DNA of 64,000 nt from Gammaproteobacteria bacterium (GTDB lineage: Bacteria > Pseudomonadota > Gammaproteobacteria > CAJXQU01), in assembly GCA_965238175.1 (NCBI GenBank), contig CBDEGZ010000003.1, positions 1,600,001-1,664,000 of the forward strand. Direction: 5' to 3'. Shown one piece after another: positions 57,584 through 64,000 of the stretch (the stretch's first letter is position 1; every line of letters begins with the position of its first letter). Position numbers and translations under genes: made by a program. The notes beneath the pieces are model-generated. The model was not told the DNA's origin, made no database searches, and saw only the letters and a program-made list of their open reading frames with translations.

Positions 57584-60256
57584 ATGAAACGATTCAAACA
57601 AAACCGACGCGATTTCATCAAAAACAGTACATTTATTACTGGATCAGCGGCGGGGGCGAGCCTGTTGGTGGGTAAAAATCCGGAGCTTGAAGCAGCCGTT
57701 CCAGAGGTGGCATCTGCAACACGCACCACAGCGTTGGCTCAATGTCCTTATTGCGGAGTGGGTTGTGGAACGATTATTCAGGCGGAAAATGGCAAAATTG
57801 TTTCCATGCGACCGGATAAAGATCATCCGACTAATTATGGTTTGCAATGTATTAAAGGATTGACTGCGGCCGAGCCTATGTATGTTGATCGGATGGAAGG
57901 TGATTCCTACGTGCGTAAAGATGTTTGGGAAGAATGGAATAAACCCAATCATGGTGATATGGAATATATTTCCAAAACCAAAGGTGCGTTTGATGAGGAT
58001 CTGTTCGTCCGTGTTCCCTATGAGCAAGCCTCGGAAATGACCGCGCACAAAGTTGCTCATTTGGCTAAAAAATATAGCGGTAATTCCATTGCGCTTTATG
58101 GATCAGGTCAGCTCACCATGGAAGGTCAATACCTTGAAAACTTATTTATGAAGGGCGTACTAGGGTCAAATACTATTGAGGCTAATGCACGCATGTGTAT
58201 GACCTCGGCCGTAACGGGATATTTCGCCACGTTGGGATCAGACACTCCACCATTGGCTTATGAAGATATCGAGCTGTGCGACATGCTAATGCACTTTGGC
58301 CATAACGCTCGCGAGTCTCACCCGATTATTTTTTGGCGAGCAGCTGATCACAAGAAGAAAAAAGATATTCCCACAGTCGTTGTTGATCCTCGTCGTACCG
58401 GTACCACCAGTGGTTATGAAGATATAAATCCAGACAATCATGTTCATGCCCCTGTCCTGAATGGCGATATCAGCTTTCTTAACTCTTTGGCTCATGTTTT
58501 ATTAAAAGATCACGATGATGTGATCGATTGGGAATTCGTCAAAGAACATGCGACTGGTTGGGAAGAATATGTCGAGGCGGTTCGTAACGATTATAGTCCT
58601 GAGCAGGTACAGGATCGTATGGGTTCTGATGAAGTGACTCCAGAAATGATCCGCCGAGTTGCCGGCATGTTTGCCGATGCAACGCGCAAACGACTGGCTC
58701 GAGGTAAGGATGGGCAAGGTGGTGTAATCATCATGTGGGGCATAGGTTATAACCAACATATTCACGGTCAGCACAATATAATTTCGATTATTAATTTACT
58801 CGCCTTAACTGGGAATTTAGCGAAGCCGGGTTGTGGGCCATTCTCAATGACCGGCCAGCCCAATGCCATGGGAGAGCGTTTTACAGGCGGCCTAACTGGA
58901 CGCTTACCTTTTAACGAACCTTTATCTAATCCCAAGCACTTAATCCATATGGCGAATGCCTGGAGAGTACCTGAAGATAATCTTAAAAAGGCGCTTAATT
59001 CTGAAAATCCGGGTTATGCCGTTGGCATGATGGAACGAGCTTTAAAAGGTGAAGTAAAAGCGATGTTCCTGGTTTATGCCACGCATATTGATCTGCCTGA
59101 TCAGCATAATCTGGTTCGTCCGGCACTGGGTAAGACCTTTAATGTTGTGCAAGAAATTTACCGCCACGCACCGAATAATCTTTATGCCGATGTGATTTTC
59201 CCAGCAGCGACCTGGGGTGAAGTCAATGGTGTCTATATCAGCTCAGAGCGGCGGATCAATATTTGCGAAAAAGCGGCAGAGCCACCTCCCGGATGTCGGC
59301 CAGATATGGATATGGTGATCGACAAGGGTAAGGAGATTGCTCATCTACTTGGGTTAGATGCAGAGAAAATATTCCCCTACCAGCGTCTTGAAGATGGCAC
59401 CTATGATGCTGAAGAAGTATTACGTGATGTCATGCGTGCTTCCATCGGAACTGACACTGATCTTGCCGGAATTTTGGAGGTGGAAAGACTTGACGGGATC
59501 AGCCCTTACGAACAACTGAAAAAATTACGAGGTATTCAATGGCCAGCACCTACCTACGAGAACGCTAAAACGGGAGGTACCAAACGACGCTATATGTTGC
59601 AGGAAGGGTGGGAAAATCGTCCCTACGGTTATTTCCGTACCAAGGATGGCAAAGTGCATTTTAAATTATGCAAACAAGATTATACGAATCGTCGCGAGAT
59701 TACAGATAAGTTGATGGAGTTCGGTACTAAAGAAGGTCATTACACCATCGATCATATTAATTTGCTAACCGAAGCTCGCGATAAAGGATTAACGCCAGAT
59801 ATGACCGATGATGATCATCGTGAAACTAAATGGGATGCAGTCCCCGAAGGGAAATATCCATACTGGTTGGGGTTGGGTGTTGTGTATGAACATTTTCATA
59901 CCGCCAAATCTAACCGCAGTCCGACAACGCAGCGACTGGTGCCGGAACAATATGTGGAAATGCATCCCGAAGATGCTAAGGCTTTAGGCATAGAAGATGG
60001 TGATAAGGTACGTTTGGTCACGCGTCGTGGGCATTACGAGGCCAAGGCACAGGTAGGCACTAACAGTCTGGTTAAACCTGCGCGTAATTCTGTGCCGCGT
60101 GGATATATGTTTAGCCCGTGGAATCTGTCTGTAGCTGATAGTGCCGATCCGAAAAAGAATAAGTGGTTGGTGAATGGCACATCCAGCCGCGTTTGGGATC
60201 TGGTTTCTGGTCAGGTGGATTTTAAGAAACTTGCCTGTCGAGTTGAAAAAGTTTAG
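57584..60256 (+). CDS. Tat-exported Mo-bis-PGD oxidoreductase, divergent nitrate-reductase (NapA/NasA) family
   Basis: NRRDFIK Tat motif, CPYCGVGC...CIKG 4Fe-4S site, GSGQ, NARMCMTSAV (Cys Mo ligand), FSMTGQPNAMG, SERR, C-terminal EMHPEDA...SGQVDFK. Confidence 0.85.
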   Translation: MKRFKQNRRDFIKNSTFITGSAAGASLLVGKNPELEAAVPEVASATRTTALAQCPYCGVGCGTIIQAENGKIVSMRPDKDHPTNYGLQCIKGLTAAEPMYVDRMEGDSYVRKDVWEEWNKPNHGDMEYISKTKGAFDEDLFVRVPYEQASEMTAHKVAHLAKKYSGNSIALYGSGQLTMEGQYLENLFMKGVLGSNTIEANARMCMTSAVTGYFATLGSDTPPLAYEDIELCDMLMHFGHNARESHPIIFWRAADHKKKKDIPTVVVDPRRTGTTSGYEDINPDNHVHAPVLNGDISFLNSLAHVLLKDHDDVIDWEFVKEHATGWEEYVEAVRNDYSPEQVQDRMGSDEVTPEMIRRVAGMFADATRKRLARGKDGQGGVIIMWGIGYNQHIHGQHNIISIINLLALTGNLAKPGCGPFSMTGQPNAMGERFTGGLTGRLPFNEPLSNPKHLIHMANAWRVPEDNLKKALNSENPGYAVGMMERALKGEVKAMFLVYATHIDLPDQHNLVRPALGKTFNVVQEIYRHAPNNLYADVIFPAATWGEVNGVYISSERRINICEKAAEPPPGCRPDMDMVIDKGKEIAHLLGLDAEKIFPYQRLEDGTYDAEEVLRDVMRASIGTDTDLAGILEVERLDGISPYEQLKKLRGIQWPAPTYENAKTGGTKRRYMLQEGWENRPYGYFRTKDGKVHFKLCKQDYTNRREITDKLMEFGTKEGHYTIDHINLLTEARDKGLTPDMTDDDHRETKWDAVPEGKYPYWLGLGVVYEHFHTAKSNRSPTTQRLVPEQYVEMHPEDAKALGIEDGDKVRLVTRRGHYEAKAQVGTNSLVKPARNSVPRGYMFSPWNLSVADSADPKKNKWLVNGTSSRVWDLVSGQVDFKKLACRVEKV

Positions 60257-60295
60257 CAATATTTCTGATTCTATAGTTGATGGTGCGGGAGACAA

Positions 60296-60868
60296 ATGAA
60301 ACGTAGAAAGTTTCTAATTAATCTGGCCACAACAGCGGCAACTGCGGCACTGCCTGTCTTATCAGAAGGTAAAGTCACTCGGCATAAACCGGGTATGCGT
60401 TATCTTCGACCACCGGGTTCGTTGGATGAAGATGATTTTCTTTCTCGTTGCATTCGCTGTGGTCAGTGCAGTGAGGCTTGTCCGAATAACTGTATCAAGT
60501 TTTTTGATACAGAAAACGGTTTATCGTCTTTCGGAACCCCATACATCACGCCAAGAGAGCAAGCATGTATTCTTTGTATGAAATGTGGTGACGCCTGTCC
60601 AACTGGTGCAATTAAACCGATCGAACGTAATGCTGAAGAGATTCTTTCCGAAGTAAAAATGGGTAGCGCCCGGGTTGATGAAAATTTGTGTCTTTCCTAT
60701 CAGGGTAAGTCATGCGGTGTTTGTTATCGCGCCTGTCCATTGCCTGATGTTGCAATAAAGGTAGGTTGGATGGAGCAACCTGAAGTGACGGACAAATGTG
60801 TCGGTTGTGGTTTGTGTGAACGCTCATGCATTCAGATCCCACAAGCAATTAAGGTGATCCCAACGTGA
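60296..60868 (+). CDS. napG: NapG/MauM-family ferredoxin-type protein
   Basis: RRKF leader, LRPPG, four Cys clusters (CIRCGQC, CILCMKC, CGVCYRAC, CVGCGLC), GTPYI. Confidence 0.8.
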   Translation: MKRRKFLINLATTAATAALPVLSEGKVTRHKPGMRYLRPPGSLDEDDFLSRCIRCGQCSEACPNNCIKFFDTENGLSSFGTPYITPREQACILCMKCGDACPTGAIKPIERNAEEILSEVKMGSARVDENLCLSYQGKSCGVCYRACPLPDVAIKVGWMEQPEVTDKCVGCGLCERSCIQIPQAIKVIPT

Positions 60869-61884
60869 TAAGAAAAACTCATTATTGGGCAAGACACTTG
60901 AATAAGTTGCGTTGGATAAGCTTAAGTGTCGTTTTTATTATATTGATCATCATTCCTTGTTTAAGTGTTTATCAAACTTATATTGCAGCACATGCCTATG
61001 ATCTATTAATGCCCGGCGAGAAAAGTTTTTATAATGTCATGGAATTTCTCACCAAACCCTTCACCAATAATCCCGAGAAAGATTTAGATGTTATTAAAGG
61101 AAGCACCTGGTCAGGAAATTTTTTCGGCTACAAAATAAGTGATCCTTTAGCCATAGCAGGGCAAGTTGCTGCAGGAACAAGTATCTATTGGCCTTTCATC
61201 TGGACAGCAATAATCCCCATTTTTTTATCAGTGATATTAGGTCGGTTTTTTTGTGGCTGGATCTGCCCAGCCACTTTTCTCTATGAACTCAATAGTAATC
61301 TGCGTGCTTGGTTGGATCATGTTGGGCTCCCAGTCGGCAAGCAACATTTTGATCGGCGTCTGAAATATCTGGTGCTGATTATCGGGTTGGTTTTATCAAT
61401 TTTGACAGGATCAGTTTTGATCGCAGCAGTTTATCCGCCGGCGATTATTGGCCGAGAAATTTACTATGCGATCGCTCTGGGAGGTTTTGGTGTCGGTGCA
61501 GTATTTTTTGCCTTTACATTATTGTTCGATCTGCTGGTAGCAAGACGTGGTTTCTGCCGTTATCTGTGTCCGGGCGGTGCGCTTTATTCGTTGTTAGGAC
61601 GCTATCGTCTATTACGTATTCAACGCGATGTTAAAACGTGCAACGACTGCATTAAATGTACCGCGATCTGCGAGTTTGAACTCGACCCAATGCGCGATGA
61701 CTTTGGCCAAGAATGTAATAACTGCACAGCTTGCATTGCTATTTGTCCTACCGACGCTTTGAAACTTTCTATTCGTACGAAAGATAAATCTTATCAAGGG
61801 GCAGGTCATATGGGGAAAAAATATAAGGGGTTTGATCAGAAAACATCAGAACAGCTTACCCTTAAAAAAGAGAAAGCAGCCTGA
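60865..61884 (+). CDS. napH: NapH/MauN-family quinol dehydrogenase membrane subunit
   Basis: DPLA, GRFFCGWICP, FCRYLCPGG and two CxxCxxC ferredoxin motifs. Confidence 0.85.
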   Translation: MIRKTHYWARHLNKLRWISLSVVFIILIIIPCLSVYQTYIAAHAYDLLMPGEKSFYNVMEFLTKPFTNNPEKDLDVIKGSTWSGNFFGYKISDPLAIAGQVAAGTSIYWPFIWTAIIPIFLSVILGRFFCGWICPATFLYELNSNLRAWLDHVGLPVGKQHFDRRLKYLVLIIGLVLSILTGSVLIAAVYPPAIIGREIYYAIALGGFGVGAVFFAFTLLFDLLVARRGFCRYLCPGGALYSLLGRYRLLRIQRDVKTCNDCIKCTAICEFELDPMRDDFGQECNNCTACIAICPTDALKLSIRTKDKSYQGAGHMGKKYKGFDQKTSEQLTLKKEKAA

Positions 61885-62495
61885 TGCATCGTAGAAAATT
61901 TATTAAACAGGCGACTGTTGGAACCAGCATTGCAGCAACAGGATGCATACCCTTTGTCCTTGCACGTTTGCTTGCGCCTGAAAATGACACATACAAACTG
62001 AATAATTATTTGCGACCACCAGGTGCGCTCAAAAATGACTTGGCATTTAGTGAAGTTTGTATCGGTTGTGAACTTTGTGCAGAGGTTTGTCCTCCTTGTT
62101 GCATTCAATTCCACAAGCGAGAAGGTGGTGCGCAGGTTAACACACCGTATATTGATCCTGAAAAAAAAGCCTGCACTCTTTGTTCAAAGTGCATGGACGT
62201 TTGTCCGACAGAAGCCTTAACACCTACACCTCGTGAAGAGGTTGATATGGGCATTGCACAAATTGATCGTACTGCGTGTTATCCCTGGGTGGATAAAGGA
62301 ATTTGTGGTGCCTGTGCCGTTGCATGTCCACTCGGAGAAGATGCTATAGGTTTTGATTTCGCAAACATTTATCGCCCGGTCGTTAAAAAAGGTTGTGTCG
62401 GTTGTGGGCTATGTGTTGAGGTTTGCCCGCATCCTAGTTTGCCGATCAGAATTGTAGAACGCTCCAAGGGTTCGGTGACAGAACATCGTGTTTGA
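61884..62495 (+). CDS. Second NapG/MauM-family ferredoxin-type protein
   Basis: RRKF leader, LRPPGA, CIGCELC, CTLCSKC, CGACAVACP and CVGCGLC. Confidence 0.85.
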   Translation: MHRRKFIKQATVGTSIAATGCIPFVLARLLAPENDTYKLNNYLRPPGALKNDLAFSEVCIGCELCAEVCPPCCIQFHKREGGAQVNTPYIDPEKKACTLCSKCMDVCPTEALTPTPREEVDMGIAQIDRTACYPWVDKGICGACAVACPLGEDAIGFDFANIYRPVVKKGCVGCGLCVEVCPHPSLPIRIVERSKGSVTEHRV

Positions 62496-62507
62496 GTTTA
62501 ATTAATC

Positions 62508-63086
62508 ATGCTGTCATTTATCAAATCGTTATTTTTTTTTATTACACTTTTAACTAGCATTACAAGTACGGCTCATCATGTGCTTGGCAGGCCTGCTTAC
62601 AGTCTGAGTGAAGATTCAACGACACCACCGAGCATGCAGGTTGAAACTCAGATAGGTAATTATTATGTAACCTATATGGTCTTTCCTGCTTTCCCAAGTC
62701 CGGAACAACCTGGCCGGGTAAATCTCTATGCTTCAAGGATTGATGATGGTCAGCCTTTTCAGGGCGAGGTCACTTTCAAAGTTCGCGGTGACAGTTGGTT
62801 TAGTGATGAAGAAGAGATGCTGGGCAAACAACCCGCAGACGATAATGTTTTCCGTCAGGGTTTCGAATTTAAGCAATCAGGAAAGTACATCATCCGTGCA
62901 GAGTTCAGCGTTGATGATGAGCCATATCAGATCGATTTTCCTTTGCAAATTGGTGAACCTTCACCTTTTGGTCCCATTGGGCTGGCAGTAGGCATGATAA
63001 TTTTTGTCTTGCTGGCAGTGAATCTGTTACAACGTAAGAGGCTGGTTGGCGCGAAAATACGCAGCAATGTTCGCCCTGATGAGTAA
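62508..63086 (+). CDS. Hypothetical exported protein with C-terminal TM anchor; predicted mature N-terminus His-His
   Basis: Signal peptide ending TSTA/HHVLGRP, beta-rich domain, TM PIGLAVGMIIFVLLAV followed by RKR. Confidence 0.75.
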   Translation: MLSFIKSLFFFITLLTSITSTAHHVLGRPAYSLSEDSTTPPSMQVETQIGNYYVTYMVFPAFPSPEQPGRVNLYASRIDDGQPFQGEVTFKVRGDSWFSDEEEMLGKQPADDNVFRQGFEFKQSGKYIIRAEFSVDDEPYQIDFPLQIGEPSPFGPIGLAVGMIIFVLLAVNLLQRKRLVGAKIRSNVRPDE

Positions 63087-63104
63087 GACGAACGAGAGCA
63101 GATT

Positions 63105-64000
63105 ATGGTTATGACTCATCCAGGTTTGCCAGGAGTATGGGTGCTTGTCGCTATATTCGTCATGCTTTTTTTAATGCTCAGAGTATTTCGTACATCAGCA
63201 GCGCCAGTAATGACTGGCGCCCATATTAGTCTGATAGAGCTGCCCGTCATTAGTTTTATTATACGACGGTTAACCGCAAACCCCTGGCCATTAATTGGCT
63301 TGAAGATAATTATGGTATTTATTTTTTTGCTGGTGATCGCCGCAGGCCTGTTTGGGTCACCTATTCCTGAGCGTAATATCGCGACAGTATTGACCTGGAA
63401 CATCTGGTGGGCAGGGTTACTGGTCTCGGTTTTTTTTCTTGGTTCTGCCTGGTGTGCGATCTGTCCCTGGGACACCTTGTCCACCTGGATAGTGCGTCGG
63501 CGACTTTGGCAGCGTGCTCCAGCAAATGCCAGCTTGAACTTAAAAGTACCTCGCTGGTTGAGAAGTGTGTGGCCCGCACTGATCATGTTTATTGGTTTGA
63601 CCTGGCTTGAACTGGGCTTGGGAATTACAACTAATCCCTATTTGACGGCGGTTTTGGCTTTGATCATGGTGGTTATGGCGACGACATCATTAGCGATTTA
63701 TGAAGGCAAAGCTTTTTGCCGATATTTTTGTCCGGTTGGGAGAACGATAGGTTTTTATTCGCAGCTGGCGCCTGTTGAGTTAAGACCTATAGATACAGAT
63801 CTGTGTGTGAATTGCACCAGTCTTGCCTGCTATCACGGCACAAAAACGATTGAGCCATGCCCAACACATTTAGTCATGGGTAGACTGCAGCAAAATACCT
63901 ACTGTATTTCTTGTGGCAATTGCAGTCAAAGTTGTCCTGATCATAATATTGCCTGGCGATTACGTGCGCCGAGTAAAGAAGCAATACATAGCGCCAGACC
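63105..64000 (+). CDS. Polyferredoxin-like 4Fe-4S-binding membrane protein (partial; absent from the ORF track)
   Basis: Own translation: MVMTHPGLP...NIATVLTWNIWW...WCAICPW...FCRYFCPVG...CVNC..LAC...CP...CISCGNCSQSCP; open to the window end. Confidence 0.85.
   Translation, partial: MVMTHPGLPGVWVLVAIFVMLFLMLRVFRTSAAPVMTGAHISLIELPVISFIIRRLTANPWPLIGLKIIMVFIFLLVIAAGLFGSPIPERNIATVLTWNIWWAGLLVSVFFLGSAWCAICPWDTLSTWIVRRRLWQRAPANASLNLKVPRWLRSVWPALIMFIGLTWLELGLGITTNPYLTAVLALIMVVMATTSLAIYEGKAFCRYFCPVGRTIGFYSQLAPVELRPIDTDLCVNCTSLACYHGTKTIEPCPTHLVMGRLQQNTYCISCGNCSQSCPDHNIAWRLRAPSKEAIHSAR

Noticed and set aside
57584-60256. Calling the gene plain napA, nasA or formate dehydrogenase
   Set aside because: The motifs differ from NapA and no napB/napD is visible. 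The Tat signal argues against NasA. Cys is followed by Met rather than the His of Fdh, and there is no in-frame TGA.
63116-63610. ORFs 63116-63586(-), 63361-63579(-) and 63407-63610(+)
   Set aside because: Shadows of the real plus-strand polyferredoxin gene starting near 63105, which is open to the window end.
1-64000. CRISPR array, tRNA or rRNA genes
   Set aside because: No regularly spaced repeats, cloverleaf or rRNA-like sequence was recognised by eye; tRNAscan/Rfam were not run.

Overview
AT-rich gammaproteobacterial chromosomal window; the taxon is inferred from gene content. It has five blocks. (1) 1-15.8 kb is housekeeping: hpt, a DUF815 ATPase, ndh, DUF1244, a TolC/MFP/CusA-CzcA-type RND pump, clpA/clpS, an inserted vapBC with a tyrosine-recombinase relic, aceA, a ComEA-like gene and vanZ, plus two related ERIC-like MITEs. 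(2) 16-43 kb is a surface-polysaccharide/protein-glycosylation locus tied to an exosortase D (VPLPA-CTERM) system. It holds a frameshifted ugd, a beta-helix protein, asnB, glycosyltransferases, xrtD, wzx, a wzy-like gene, a methyltransferase split by an intact IS3, fnlABC-wbuB (L-FucNAc), a relic-filled stretch that includes the tail of a second exosortase, a wecA-like gene and a TPR lipoprotein. (3) 43-46.5 kb has two VPLPA-CTERM substrates, one of them a metzincin, among IS1595/IS4/IS256 relics. (4) 46.7-55 kb has apeB, an MMPL/LolA-like/beta-barrel trio, a truncated thermostable-hemolysin gene, cytochrome b-arsC and a SprA-related gene. (5) 55-64 kb is the best novelty candidate: a respiratory locus with an FNR-type box. 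A porin is divergent from an operon encoding a trihaem cytochrome c, a Tat-exported Mo-bis-PGD enzyme of the NapA/NasA family with atypical active-site motifs, NapG-NapH-NapG, a His-His-tipped membrane-anchored protein and a second polyferredoxin membrane protein that runs off the window. No napB, napD or napC is visible. No rRNA, tRNA or CRISPR array was recognised. All family calls come from motif recognition, not database searches.
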